Shown: positions 18,365 to 28,502 of the stretch, piece after piece | Layout: each line of letters opens with the position of its first letter | Position numbering within the stretch: position 1 is the first letter of the stretch | DNA from: Myxococcales bacterium | GTDB lineage: Bacteria > Myxococcota_A > Polyangia > Polyangiales > DASUME01 | NCBI GenBank assembly: GCA_047601445.1 | Contig: JASGJH010000001.1 | Coordinates: 7,104,001 to 7,168,000, forward strand | Length of the DNA: 64,000 nt | Reading direction: 5' to 3' | Notes under the pieces: model-generated | Databases searched by the model: none | The model's input: the letters and a program-made list of their open reading frames with translations, nothing else | Told to the model about the DNA's origin: nothing | Position numbers and translations under genes: made by a program

Positions 18365-19435
18365 ATGGAAGGCAGGACCATTCGGCGTGCGCTCTGGATC
18401 GGTTGCGTGATCGCCGGCTGTCACGCGGACGATCTCCGCGGGGGCGGGCTGGCCGAGCAGCAGCCCGAGGGCGAATCCATGGACGCCTCGCGGAACGAAG
18501 CGACGCCCTCGGACGCGGGGGACGATGTGGATGGTGACGGCGATGCCGAGGTCTCCAGGCTCGATGCGGCCGTGCCGGACGCCGATACCGGGGCTCCGGG
18601 ACTCGACGCGGCCCAGCTGGACGCTGACACCGATCCTCTGCGTGACGCGGGTGCGGACGGAGCCACGCCCGTGGCGGACGGAGCCACGCCCACGGCTGAC
18701 GCTGGACCGCGCGACGCTGGACCGCGCGACGCGGGAACTGGAGATGCAGGAGCGGATGGCGCCACGCCTGGTGCCGACGCCGGAACGCACGACGCGAGCA
18801 CGGGAGACGCCGCAGTCGGTTGCGTCGTGGGGAGTGTCCCGGGGCCGGTCGATGTGGTGTTGGCTCTCGATACCTCGGGCAGCATGGCAACCCAGGCCTG
18901 TCAGTTCACGAAGGGCAGCGCGGACTTCGAGGACTCCCTTCCGACCAACGTGCACGTGACGGCGCTCTACTCCTTGACGACATCCTCGGCGCTCGGACCA
19001 CTGATACCGTTGCTCTGCGGAACGAGCGATCCCATGGCCGACGCCGCGCTCGCCAAAGACACTCAGCGCTATCTGCACGTGGATACCCTGGTCGATAGCA
19101 ACGACTTCTTTCAGGTCGCCCTCACGCACTACGACGACTTCAAGGCTCACCTGCGTCCTGGTGCGCCCACCCATTTCGTGGTGGTCACGGACGACAACAT
19201 CAAGGGCATGACCGCCGCGAGCTTCAAGCAGCAAATGGAGGCCAAGCTCGGGCACGCCTTCACCTATCACGCGCTCGCCAGCGGCAACTCGTGTGGCACC
19301 GCACCCAGCACCGAGCACTACGCGTTGGCCGACCTCACGGGAGGCCAGAAGGTCGTGACCTGCGAAGCCGGCTTCAGCTACGGGGCTGGCTTCGAACCGG
19401 TCCGCGCGGCCATCGAAGCGAGCGCCTGCCACTAG
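18365..19435 (+). CDS. Lipoprotein with DAG-repeat linker and vWA domain
   Basis: Lipobox IAGC, Asp-Ala-Gly repeats, MIDAS 'DTSGSM', 'VVVTDD'. Confidence 0.85.
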   Translation: MEGRTIRRALWIGCVIAGCHADDLRGGGLAEQQPEGESMDASRNEATPSDAGDDVDGDGDAEVSRLDAAVPDADTGAPGLDAAQLDADTDPLRDAGADGATPVADGATPTADAGPRDAGPRDAGTGDAGADGATPGADAGTHDASTGDAAVGCVVGSVPGPVDVVLALDTSGSMATQACQFTKGSADFEDSLPTNVHVTALYSLTTSSALGPLIPLLCGTSDPMADAALAKDTQRYLHVDTLVDSNDFFQVALTHYDDFKAHLRPGAPTHFVVVTDDNIKGMTAASFKQQMEAKLGHAFTYHALASGNSCGTAPSTEHYALADLTGGQKVVTCEAGFSYGAGFEPVRAAIEASACH

Positions 19436-19623
19436 TCCGTGGCGCAAGGGCAAGGGAAGCGGCCCGGTGCACGCGAGCTGGCGGCAGCCGAGCTCCACCT
19501 TGCGTGAGGATGCTTGCTCCGGCCCGGGGTGAAGGCCGGGCATCCGTGGAGCGAATGCTCGAGCAAGGCTGCAAACTAGCTCCCAGTCGTCTGCGTAGTC
19601 TCACCGCGGTTCCGAAGGCGCAG

Positions 19624-22455
19624 CTAGGTCTTGGGTCGCAACGAGCGCGCTCCGTTCAGCTCCAGCATGAGCCTCACGAGGGCGCCCAGGTCCACGGGCT
19701 TCACCAGATGCCGGTCGAAGCCCGCCTCGCGCGCCCTGTTTAGCGAGCGCTCGTCGCCGTAGCCGGTGAGCGCCACGAGCTTGAGGCCAGGTGCCTTGGG
19801 GTGTGCGCGGACTCGGCGCGCGAGCTCGTAGCCGTCCATCTGCGGGAGGCCGATGTCGAGCAGGGCCAGGTCTGGGACGAACTCCTCGAGCTTCGCGAGC
19901 GCAGCGTGGCCGTCGTGGGCGATTTCCACGCGGTGGCCGAGGTGAGAGAGGGCCGCTGCCAGCGTGCTGGCTGCATCGTTGTTGTCGTCGACGATCAAGA
20001 TCTGGTGTTGCTTCTCGGAATGCGGTGGCGCCGAGGAGGTTCGCACCGCCTGTGCGCTTTGATCGGCAGCCAGCGGCAGCATGACGATGAACGTGCTGCC
20101 CTTGCCTTGCCCCGCGCTCTGCGCCTCCACGCTGCCTCCATGCAGCGTCACCAGCGACCTCACGATGGCCAGCCCGAGTCCGAGCCCACCGTCGGCTCGG
20201 TCCAGGTTCTGCTGCTCCTGGACGAACAGATCGAAGACGAAGGGCATGATCTCCGCGCGCAGCCCCACGCCGTTGTCGCGCACCCACACATGGGCCTGTC
20301 CGTCGACGACCTTGCCCCCGATCTCGATGTCGCCCCCCGCCGGGGTGTACTTGGCGGCGTTGTTCAGCAAGTTGGCGAACACCTGACGTAGCCGCGTGGA
20401 ATCGCCCTCCACCTGCAGCGTCCCCGAGAAGGCGAACGTCAGGCGGTGATCGCGTTGTTCGATCAGTGGCATCGCGGACTCGATGGCGGTGGACATGCAG
20501 CTCATGAGGTCCACGCGCTCCCGCTCGAGCGAGATCTTGCCGCGGGTGATCCGCGACACATCGAGCAAGTCGTCCACCAGACGCATCATGTGGCGCACGT
20601 GACGCTCGATCACGCCGCGCTCCTTCTCGTTGGCGGTCGGGTTGCGCAGCTTCATCAACTGGACCGCGGTCAAGATGGGCGCCAGAGGGTTGCGTAGCTC
20701 GTGGCCGAGCAGTGCGAGGAAGGCGTCCTTGGCGCGGCTCGCCGCCTCGGCTCGCCGCCGTGCCTCGACGATGGCGGTCACCTCCACCCCGAACGAGACG
20801 ACCGAGTCGACGGCGCCGTTCATGTCGTGCATGGGCTGGTAGGTGAGGTTGAAGAAACGCTGCACCGGGTTGCCCTCGGCGTCCTCGAACACCAAGGGCG
20901 CCTCTTCGCGGTTCTCGCTTTGGCCGGTCCGGTAAACCTGCTCCAGGAGGTCGATGTAGCCTTGTTGTACGAGCATCGGCAGCTGCCGAGCGCCCTTTCC
21001 CAGCAGGTTGTCCACGCCGAATAGTTCGCGATAGGCCGGGTTGGTCAGCGTGTACACGAGGTCGGGGCCGCTGCGGACACTGATCGCGGCCGGCGCCGCC
21101 AGCAGCACCTTCTGAAGCCGCTCGCGCTCCGCTTTCAAGGCCTGCTCGGTGCGGCGTTGCTCCGTGATGTCGAGCACGAGCACCGCCACGCCTCGGATGT
21201 TCCCTGCGTCGTCGCGGTCCGGCACATAGTGCGGCTGCAGGCGGTGCACGCTTCCGTCGGCCGTTTTGAAGTCACGCTCGTAGCACGACGCCTCGCCGGC
21301 GAGCGCCCGCTCCAGGTACGGACGCGCCCGCGCGAAGGTTCGTTCGCCCTGCAGCTCACGCATGTGCTTGCCGATGACCGTGGTCGGATCCACGCCAAAC
21401 CAACGCTGGTAGGCGCGATTGACGAAGCGATACCGCAGGTCGGTGTCCACGTAGCCGACCATGGCGGGGATGATGTCGGTGATCACACGTAGGTGGCGCT
21501 CCTGGTCGGCCAGGCGCTCCGTGAGCGAATCCGCGCGCGCCCGCGTCTCGATCTGCTCGCTGATATCCTCCTGCACGCAGAGCCAGTGTGGACGCCCGCC
21601 GCGCTGCAGCGCGAGCAGCTGGACCTGCGTGTGGAAGCGCGAGCCGTCTTTGCGCACGTTGCGCCACTGACCGCTCCAGACCCCACGAGCGCGCAGCTCC
21701 TCCGTCACGTGGGGCACGCGCCAGTCGTCTTCGGGGGCGCTCTTCGCGCGCGACGGCAGGCCGAGCATCTCGCCGCGCTCGTAGCCGAACATGAGCTCTT
21801 CGGCGGGGTTGGCGTAGATGATGGTTCCCTGATCGTCGGCCACGCTGACGCCCTTGCTCATGTGCTCGAGCAGCATGGCTTGCTCGCGCAGGGCCTCTTC
21901 CGCTGCGCGTTGAGTCGACATGTCGAAGACCACGCCCCGGACCCAGAGTGGGACCCCCTCCATGTCCCGGATGACGTAGCCACGCGCTGCGAGCCAGCGG
22001 ATGCTGCCGTCCGGTCGCACGCAGCGATAGTCCTGACATACCAGGTCGGCGTCTCCGGCGAGCGCAGCACGCAGGTTGCTGACGGCGCTCGTGCGGTCCT
22101 CCGGATGGACCATGGCGAGCCAGCTCTCGTAGCTGGGCTCGACCGTGCCCTCGGAGATCCCGAAGATCCGTTGGATGGTCGATGACCAAGTGCCCTCGTT
22201 CGTGCGCACGTTCCACTCCCACGTGCCCACGTTGGAGTGCTCGAGCGTATCGATGAGGCGTGCCTCGTTCTCGCGCTCCGCGCGCAGCTGTCGCTCACGC
22301 AAGGTCAGCGCGGCGCGCAACTCGGCGATCTCGGAGTACGCTCTCGAGAGCTCGTCCGCCAGTGCGACTGGTTCCGCTGCGAGATCGGGCAAGCCCGGCG
22401 ATTGTCGCGTGGCCACTGCACCCCCACAACGCAAATAGCACAAGGCATTGCGCAA
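19624..22455 (-). CDS. Hybrid sensor histidine kinase (multi-PAS, HisKA, HATPase, REC)
   Basis: 'LGHELRNPLAP', N/G boxes 'NLLNNAAKYT', 'GGLGLGL', receiver 'LLDIGLPQMDG'. Confidence 0.95.
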   Translation of the reverse strand: MRNALCYLRCGGAVATRQSPGLPDLAAEPVALADELSRAYSEIAELRAALTLRERQLRAERENEARLIDTLEHSNVGTWEWNVRTNEGTWSSTIQRIFGISEGTVEPSYESWLAMVHPEDRTSAVSNLRAALAGDADLVCQDYRCVRPDGSIRWLAARGYVIRDMEGVPLWVRGVVFDMSTQRAAEEALREQAMLLEHMSKGVSVADDQGTIIYANPAEELMFGYERGEMLGLPSRAKSAPEDDWRVPHVTEELRARGVWSGQWRNVRKDGSRFHTQVQLLALQRGGRPHWLCVQEDISEQIETRARADSLTERLADQERHLRVITDIIPAMVGYVDTDLRYRFVNRAYQRWFGVDPTTVIGKHMRELQGERTFARARPYLERALAGEASCYERDFKTADGSVHRLQPHYVPDRDDAGNIRGVAVLVLDITEQRRTEQALKAERERLQKVLLAAPAAISVRSGPDLVYTLTNPAYRELFGVDNLLGKGARQLPMLVQQGYIDLLEQVYRTGQSENREEAPLVFEDAEGNPVQRFFNLTYQPMHDMNGAVDSVVSFGVEVTAIVEARRRAEAASRAKDAFLALLGHELRNPLAPILTAVQLMKLRNPTANEKERGVIERHVRHMMRLVDDLLDVSRITRGKISLERERVDLMSCMSTAIESAMPLIEQRDHRLTFAFSGTLQVEGDSTRLRQVFANLLNNAAKYTPAGGDIEIGGKVVDGQAHVWVRDNGVGLRAEIMPFVFDLFVQEQQNLDRADGGLGLGLAIVRSLVTLHGGSVEAQSAGQGKGSTFIVMLPLAADQSAQAVRTSSAPPHSEKQHQILIVDDNNDAASTLAAALSHLGHRVEIAHDGHAALAKLEEFVPDLALLDIGLPQMDGYELARRVRAHPKAPGLKLVALTGYGDERSLNRAREAGFDRHLVKPVDLGALVRLMLELNGARSLRPKT

Positions 22456-22614
22456 AACGCATTTCGTGCGCGCGTCGTCCTGGCCTGGGAGTGTCGGACA
22501 CTCCTTCTAAGTTGAGGGCTGCTCGAGGCGCGCGTTCGATGCCCCGAAAGCGGCTCAAAGATCCCACGTTTTTGGCCGAAAACCGGCGGTCGTGAGCTTC
22601 GTGTCCGCGCGCCC

Positions 22615-23532
22615 TCAGCGCGCTTGCGGCGGCTCGCTGGGCGAGTTCTCGCGACCTCGTCCGAAGACTCGAGAGCCCGGGGGGACCGATCGAATGATCC
22701 AGGCACTGCCGCCGATGACGCTGCCGGCTCCGATCACCGTGTCGCCGCCCAGGATGGTCGCGCCCGCGTAGATCGTGACATCGTCCTCCACGGTGGGGTG
22801 ACGCTTGATGCCGCCCGCTTCCTCTCGCACCGGGACGCTCAGGGCTCCGAGCGTCACGCCCTGGTAGAGCTTCACGTCGTTGCCGATCACGGAGGTCTCG
22901 CCGATCACCACGCCGCTCCCATGGTCGACGAAGAAGCGCTCGCCGATCTTGGCGCCCGGGTGGATGTCGATGCCGGTGCGCGCGTGGGCTCCTTCGCTGA
23001 TGATGCGCGGGATCATGGGCACGCCGGCCTGGTGGAAGAAGTGCGCCATGCGATACGACGTGATGGCCTGGATCGAGGGATAGCTGAACACCACCTCCTC
23101 GATGCTGCGGGCTGCCGGGTCGCCCGCGAAGGCGGCCTGCACGTCGAGGTTCAGCTTGCGGCGCAGATCGGGCAGGGCCTCGAACAGGGAGAGCACCACG
23201 GACTCTCCATCGGCGAGCGACGGCGGGGACTCCTGACGCCCGAGGCGCCGCTCGTACTGAAGAGCGCGCTCGATGTGATCCACCAGCAACTGATAGGCCG
23301 CGTACATGTGCTCCGAGACGCCGTGTCGGAGATTGTCGCGGTTGAGCGAGCGCTTGCTATAGAAGCCCATGAAGATGGTGTGCTCGAGGTGAAAGATGGC
23401 CTCCAGTACGGCGCGCTTGTTGGGCAGCGCCGCGCTCTCGAGGTTGTCGATCACCATGCCCTGGTCGTAGCTCTCGACGACCTTGGCGATGGCTGCTTCT
23501 AGCTCCCGATAGCGCTGTGGTTCGGATTGCAT
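22615..23532 (-). CDS. cysE: Serine O-acetyltransferase (CysE/EpsC type)
   Basis: 'GDPAA', 'TGIDIHPGAKIG..DHG.GVVIGET', 'KRHPT'. Confidence 0.9.
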   Translation of the reverse strand: MQSEPQRYRELEAAIAKVVESYDQGMVIDNLESAALPNKRAVLEAIFHLEHTIFMGFYSKRSLNRDNLRHGVSEHMYAAYQLLVDHIERALQYERRLGRQESPPSLADGESVVLSLFEALPDLRRKLNLDVQAAFAGDPAARSIEEVVFSYPSIQAITSYRMAHFFHQAGVPMIPRIISEGAHARTGIDIHPGAKIGERFFVDHGSGVVIGETSVIGNDVKLYQGVTLGALSVPVREEAGGIKRHPTVEDDVTIYAGATILGGDTVIGAGSVIGGSAWIIRSVPPGSRVFGRGRENSPSEPPQAR

Positions 23533-23665
23533 CGTCCACCAACGTAGCGCATCCGGGACACGGTGCTCGCACCCCTTCGGGCCGTCGAAGGTGGGGCCGG
23601 ATCCACTGCTTTTCCGGGCCTGGTCGGCCATTGAAAGTCGCGACGGGATTTGGAAAGCTTCGTCC

Positions 23666-24334
23666 ATGAAGCTCTTCGGATATTGGCGCAGCAGCGCCAC
23701 CTGGCGGGTACGCATCGCGCTGCACTACAAGCAGCTGCCCTTCGGAATCGTGCCCGTGCACCTCCTGCGCGGTGGCGGCGAGCAGCACTCCGAGGCGTTC
23801 CGTGCGCTCAACCCCATGCAGCACGTACCGGTGTTGGAGCTCGAGCACGCTGGCACCATGCGTCACGTCTCCGAGTCCTTGGCCATCATCGAACTGCTCG
23901 ACGAGCTCTATCCGACTCCGGCGCTCCTGCCGCAGGACCCGCTCGAGAGGGCGCGCGCGCGCCAGCTCGCGCTGCTCGTGGCGTCAGGAATTCAGCCTCT
24001 GCTGAACACCAAGATCCAGGCCCACTTGAAGCACCAACTGCACGTGGACGAGATGGCGTGGACGCGCCACTGGCTTGCGTCTGGATTGGCTGCGCTCGAG
24101 GCGTCCCTCGCCGCGCAGCCGGGGCGCTTTGCGGTGGGTGATGGCGTCAGCGTGGCCGACCTCTGTTTGGTGCCCCAGGTCTTCGGCGCGCGACGTTTTG
24201 GGGTCCCACTCGAGGCGTATCCGAATGTCCTACGCGTCGAGCGGGAGTGCCGCGACCTGGCCGCCTTTCAGAAGGCACTGCCGGAGCATCAACCGGACTT
24301 CGAGCCCGATAAGGGCACCGGCGCGCCCAAGTAG
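23666..24334 (+). CDS. maiA: Maleylacetoacetate isomerase (GST zeta)
   Basis: 'YWRSSATWRVRIAL', 'SGIQPL', 'ADLCLVPQ', 'QPD'. Confidence 0.9.
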   Translation: MKLFGYWRSSATWRVRIALHYKQLPFGIVPVHLLRGGGEQHSEAFRALNPMQHVPVLELEHAGTMRHVSESLAIIELLDELYPTPALLPQDPLERARARQLALLVASGIQPLLNTKIQAHLKHQLHVDEMAWTRHWLASGLAALEASLAAQPGRFAVGDGVSVADLCLVPQVFGARRFGVPLEAYPNVLRVERECRDLAAFQKALPEHQPDFEPDKGTGAPK

Positions 24335-24343
24335 GCAAGCCGG

Positions 24344-24359
24344 AGGCACACCGCTTGCA
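24344..24359 (+). promoter_or_regulatory. Putative sigma54 promoter
   Basis: AGGCAC-ACCGC-TTGCA, about 70 nt upstream of ATG 24431. Confidence 0.6.
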
Positions 24360-24430
24360 CGGTAGCTTGCGTTGAAGATGCGCGTGGAGTCGCGAAGCTC
24401 GCGTGTAATTTTTCAAGGCGGGAGAATGCC

Positions 24431-25009
24431 ATGCAGAATGCGGATATTGCGCTGCTTGCGCTGATAGGACTCACCTTCGTGGGTGTGCTGTTGGCTGTGG
24501 TGATTTCGCACGTCGCTGCCCGGCGTCGTGCCCGGCAGCCGAGGCCGAAGCTCGGTCCCGAGTACGCTCGCGTCGTCGCTCAATACAACCGTGAGGCGGG
24601 TGCGCGCCGCGCGCTCTTGGCCCGCGAGAGGCGCGTGAAGAAGCTGAACATTCACTTGCTTTCGCCCGACCAGTGCGAGCGCTTCGGCTCGGCCTGGCGC
24701 GCGGTTCAGCGCCGCTTTGCCCAGGATCCGCGGGGCGCGGTGGTGGAGGCCAACGGCCTGGTCAAGGACGTGATGCGAATGCGCGGGTACCCCATAGGGG
24801 ACTTCAAGCAACGCCTTGCGGACCTCCCTATCGAGCACGCCAGCGTCCTCAATCACTATCGTTCGGTGCGCATCCTCGCCCTGGCCAACGCCATTGGGAA
24901 GGCGGGCGCCGAGGACCTGCGGGACGCCATGCAGCACTATCAGGCTCTGTTCGCAGACCTCCTGCAGACACAGGGGCCGCAACCGGAGCTGAGCGTGGTC
25001 CGCACCTGA
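24431..25009 (+). CDS. Conserved hypothetical protein with N-terminal TM anchor
   Basis: GGGAG RBS; TM then helical 'VQRRFAQDP..AV.EA..RGYP..EDLR.AM..Y.ALF' domain. Confidence 0.75.
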   Translation: MQNADIALLALIGLTFVGVLLAVVISHVAARRRARQPRPKLGPEYARVVAQYNREAGARRALLARERRVKKLNIHLLSPDQCERFGSAWRAVQRRFAQDPRGAVVEANGLVKDVMRMRGYPIGDFKQRLADLPIEHASVLNHYRSVRILALANAIGKAGAEDLRDAMQHYQALFADLLQTQGPQPELSVVRT

Positions 25010-25066
25010 GGCGCGTGTGGCAAAGCGCACCAAGCCCGTGGCACGCTGGTCCGACGGTCGGTCGCG

Positions 25067-25699
25067 TCAGTGCTTGCCGGTGACGCGTGCACGCAAACGG
25101 GAGAGCGTCTTGTAGGGCATCTCCTTGGCGATGCGATCGGCGAGCCAGCGCGGGATGCTGCCGCCCACGTCGGCCATGACCTGATAGGTAACGCGCGTAC
25201 GGTTGGGGGCCAGTGTCTCCAGCTTGTAGAAGCCGGACAGGTGCGGCATGCGCACCGTCTTGTGAGGCAGCGGGAAGCGCTTGGGATCCGTGTCATGGAA
25301 GGTCAGCGTGAGTAGCTTGCCATCTGCGCTCGGCGTGAAGATCGTGTCCAGTACCACGTCGCGGTCCCAGACTGGCCATGGGGCTCCCGTGCGGTTGTAG
25401 ACGATGGCGTGATCCGGACTCATGCGCTCGATCATCTTGGCGTCGACGCAGTTTTGCATCCACTGCGGGTGCTTGGAGACTTGCTCGATGACGGTGCGAA
25501 TGTCGGCCGCGGACGCGTCCATGACCGTCTGTCCGCGGAAGCCCGGCAAATCCTGGCCAGGTCGCTCCATTTTCCAAGTGCGGATCCCATCGTCGTTGTC
25601 GATCTGGGTCCACGGTCCTTCGGGGTCCGCTGCCAAGCCCAGCGTCGAGGCCGATGCGAGCAGCAGTACACTCAATGCGAAGACCAGACGTCGCTTCAT
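25067..25699 (-). CDS. Secreted START-domain lipid-binding protein
   Basis: Signal peptide; 'PWPVWDRDVV', 'DVGGSIPRWL'. Confidence 0.85.
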   Translation of the reverse strand: MKRRLVFALSVLLLASASTLGLAADPEGPWTQIDNDDGIRTWKMERPGQDLPGFRGQTVMDASAADIRTVIEQVSKHPQWMQNCVDAKMIERMSPDHAIVYNRTGAPWPVWDRDVVLDTIFTPSADGKLLTLTFHDTDPKRFPLPHKTVRMPHLSGFYKLETLAPNRTRVTYQVMADVGGSIPRWLADRIAKEMPYKTLSRLRARVTGKH

Positions 25700-25795
25700 G
25701 TGGGCAATCTGTGCCCGATTTGGGGCCTGCTCAAGCGAAAGCCGTCGCAAGCCCGAGCGATTTCGTGCGCGGGACGCAGAAAGGCCGCCTGGGAG

Positions 25796-26061
25796 CGGCC
25801 ATCGGCCATCGGCCATCGGCCATCAGCCATCGGCCATCGGCCATCAGCCATCGGCCATCAGCCATAAGCGGTCGGCCAGCAGCGGTCGGCCATCAGCCAT
25901 CGGCCATCAGCCATCAGCCATAAGCGGTCGGCCAGCAGCGGTCGGCCATCAGCCATCGGCCATAAGCGGTCGGCCAGCAGTGGTCGGCCATCGGCGGTCT
26001 GCCATAAGCGGTCGGCCATCGGCGGTCGGCCATAAGCGGTCGGCCATAAGCGGTCGGCCAC
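25796..26061. repeat. Intergenic tandem heptamer array (38 units)
   Basis: Unbroken 7-nt phase of CGGCCAT/CAGCCAT/AAGCGGT/CGGCCAG/CAGCGGT units. Confidence 0.95.
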
Positions 26062-26073
26062 CAGCTTGCATTC

Positions 26074-26910
26074 TCATGGCAAGACCGCCACCGCCCGCAG
26101 CGGCCCTCCGGAACCGTCCCGAATGTACATCGGCAACGCGATCACAAGGGCTCCGCGCGCCGGCAGCTTGGCGAGTTCAGTCAGGTTCTCGAAGGCCGGG
26201 ATGTCCGCACCCATCAGGATGCGGTGCGCCCAGAATTCGTGCGACGGGCCGTGGTCGATGCTCGCGGTATCGATGCCAACGGCCGCCACGTTGCGCGCCA
26301 CGAGCGCGCGCGCAGCCTCCGCAGAGATGCCTGGAAAGTGGAGGTTGGAGGCGTCGCCCGGCACATCGCTGCCGAGGTAGGCGAGCTTGTTGGGCCAGTG
26401 CGTGGACCAGTCGCTGCGAATCAACACAATGGTGCCCCGGGCGATGCTGCCGTGGGCGCGCTCGAAGGCTTCGATGTCCGCGACGTTCAGCAGGGTGTCG
26501 CGGTCCTGACGGGCTCGTTCGGAGATGTCGATCACCACCGCAGGTGCCATGAGCCGGCTGAGCGGCACGCGATCCGTGGTGGCTTTGCCCTCCGCAAAGT
26601 GAATGGGGGCGTCGAGGTGGGTGCCACCATGCTCGGGGGCAGCGAAGGAGTTGGATGCGTAAAAGTAGCCGCCTTCGGTGGGGCCATGATGGAGCGTCTT
26701 CAGCTGAAAGCCCACGCTCTCCGTGGGCCAGTACACGGTATCTCCGTCGAAGGGATGGCCGAGGTCGAGCAGCTTCTCGGGCGCGAACGTCGCGAGTTGG
26801 GGGGGCTTTGCAGCGGGGGCGCGCGCTGCGCAGCCGAGTCCGAGCGAGACGAGCAACAGCGAGATGGTGAACACCGCACCTGAGCCTGCCATGGATACCT
26901 CGTGCTCCAT
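26074..26910 (-). CDS. Cyclase family (kynurenine formamidase-like) protein, probable lipoprotein
   Basis: 'HGGTHLDAPIHF', 'GIDTASID', 'ENL', 'GSGGPLRA'; lipobox GLGC. Confidence 0.9.
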   Translation of the reverse strand: MEHEVSMAGSGAVFTISLLLVSLGLGCAARAPAAKPPQLATFAPEKLLDLGHPFDGDTVYWPTESVGFQLKTLHHGPTEGGYFYASNSFAAPEHGGTHLDAPIHFAEGKATTDRVPLSRLMAPAVVIDISERARQDRDTLLNVADIEAFERAHGSIARGTIVLIRSDWSTHWPNKLAYLGSDVPGDASNLHFPGISAEAARALVARNVAAVGIDTASIDHGPSHEFWAHRILMGADIPAFENLTELAKLPARGALVIALPMYIRDGSGGPLRAVAVLP

Positions 26911-26979
26911 CGGTACCAGGCGTGCCAGCGTTCGTCCATGAGACTCGCGGCGCGCGGTGATTCACCCAGCGCGCCGCGG

Positions 26980-27663
26980 TCAACGCAGCGCGCAGCGCTC
27001 CAGCCAGGCATTCAGCCGTGGCAGCGCTCGAATCTCGGAGGCCCAGGCGCTCGTCCGCACGAATTCGTCGAGCTGTGCTGCTACAGCGATATCCGCGATG
27101 GACATGGAGGGCCCGGCAAGCCAGCTATCGCGCGCGAGGCGGCCGTCGAGCGCATTCAAGTGCTGTCGGAGGTTGTCGAGCACCGTCTCGCGCGGGTAGC
27201 GTCCCAGGCCTTGGGCGACCACCTTGTCTCGAAAGCCCGCGAGGCCGCGGCGATACAGGGTGCGCTCCACGACGTTGCGGTCGCCGCAGGCAATGGCCGC
27301 CGACTTGTCGAGCGCTTCGTCGTCGAACAGCCGGGCGTAGAGCTCGTAGAAGTAGAGCGACTCGTCGGCCCAGTCCTCGAGCAGGTGGGCGAGGCTCGCG
27401 TCCACATCGGCGGGGAATAGCGGGGGTTCGGGGTGCGTGCGGTCCAGGAAGCGCACGATGGCGGAGCTGTCCACGATGCGGGTGCCGTTGTAATCGAGCA
27501 CGGGCAGCTTGCCGCTGCTGCTGAGCCCGCGCGCCTTCAACGCGCGCACACCGCCGTAGTCTTCGATGCGGTAGGGCAGGCGCTTGAGGGCGAGCACCTT
27601 GCGGACCTTGCCGCAGAAGGGAGAAATGGACCACTCATGCAACACGATTTCTGGCTGGCTCAT
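26980..27663 (-). CDS. Glutathione S-transferase family protein
   Basis: 'SPFCGKVR', 'GKLPVL..DSSAI', 'SIADIA'. Confidence 0.9.
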   Translation of the reverse strand: MSQPEIVLHEWSISPFCGKVRKVLALKRLPYRIEDYGGVRALKARGLSSSGKLPVLDYNGTRIVDSSAIVRFLDRTHPEPPLFPADVDASLAHLLEDWADESLYFYELYARLFDDEALDKSAAIACGDRNVVERTLYRRGLAGFRDKVVAQGLGRYPRETVLDNLRQHLNALDGRLARDSWLAGPSMSIADIAVAAQLDEFVRTSAWASEIRALPRLNAWLERCALR

Positions 27664-27667
27664 CGGT

Positions 27668-28435
27668 TCACCAAGTTTCGGCGTGGGGGCGCAGGTCGAG
27701 CTCGAACGTAAAGCCCGAGCGGGGTTGATTGACGAGGGAAAGAACCGCCGACGCCACGGCGTCGGGCTGAATGAAGAACGAGTCGGCCTTCTTGGCGAAC
27801 AGGGCGCGGGTCCAGCGCGAGTCGATCACTCCGTCGATCACGACGTAGGCCACGTGGATTCCGAGTGGGGAGAGCTCGCGCGCCATCGATTGCACCATGT
27901 TCCGTTGGCCCGCCTTGGCGGCGGCGAAGGGTAATGCGTGGGCCGCGCCTCGCGTGGAAGCCGTGGCGCCGATCACCACGATACTGCCTGTACCGCGCGC
28001 GCGCATGCCGGGCACCACGCGTTGCACCGCCGAGAGACAACCTGCCACGTTCTCGCGATAGCAGCGCTCCAGCGTGGCCGGGCTGGTACTGCCCACGCCA
28101 CCCGGCACGTAGTTGCCCGCGTTGTAGATGAGCACGTCGGGATCACCCAGTTCGCGCGCGCTCTCGTCGATCGCGGCCTCCAGGGATACGGAGTCGGTCA
28201 CGTCGCAGGGAAAGGCGGTCGCACGCGGAATCGACGCGGCCAACTCGCGCAAGCGCTCCGGATTGCGCGCCAGCACGCCCACACGATAGCCCTGGGCCGA
28301 AAAGCACCTGCCCAGGGCACTCCCGTTGCCCGCGCCGGCGCCGACCACCAAGCAAACTGGTTCCTGCACTTGGAATGGGGAGGGCCCGCGAGGGGACTCT
28401 CCGAGAGTCGTCGTGTCTTGCATACTGCCCAGCAT
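27668..28435 (-). CDS. SDR family oxidoreductase
   Basis: GAGAGNG, 'YNAG', 'FAAAK', 'IDGVID'. Confidence 0.9.
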   Translation of the reverse strand: MLGSMQDTTTLGESPRGPSPFQVQEPVCLVVGAGAGNGSALGRCFSAQGYRVGVLARNPERLRELAASIPRATAFPCDVTDSVSLEAAIDESARELGDPDVLIYNAGNYVPGGVGSTSPATLERCYRENVAGCLSAVQRVVPGMRARGTGSIVVIGATASTRGAAHALPFAAAKAGQRNMVQSMARELSPLGIHVAYVVIDGVIDSRWTRALFAKKADSFFIQPDAVASAVLSLVNQPRSGFTFELDLRPHAETW

Positions 28436-28502
28436 GCGGCGGCGTGCGCGCGAGACAAACGATGATTCTTCACCGATGAGTTAGCGGTGCTAATCTCTTG
28501 AG

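Noticed and set aside
25796..26061. CRISPR array or coding repeat (ORFs 25422-26552 and 25858-26061)
   Set aside because: Contiguous 7-nt units without unique spacers and no cas genes; the ORFs are by-products of the repeat
27668..28435. Inactive SDR (FxxxK instead of YxxxK)
   Set aside because: This substitution is typical of a known SDR subgroup, so it is not evidence of decay
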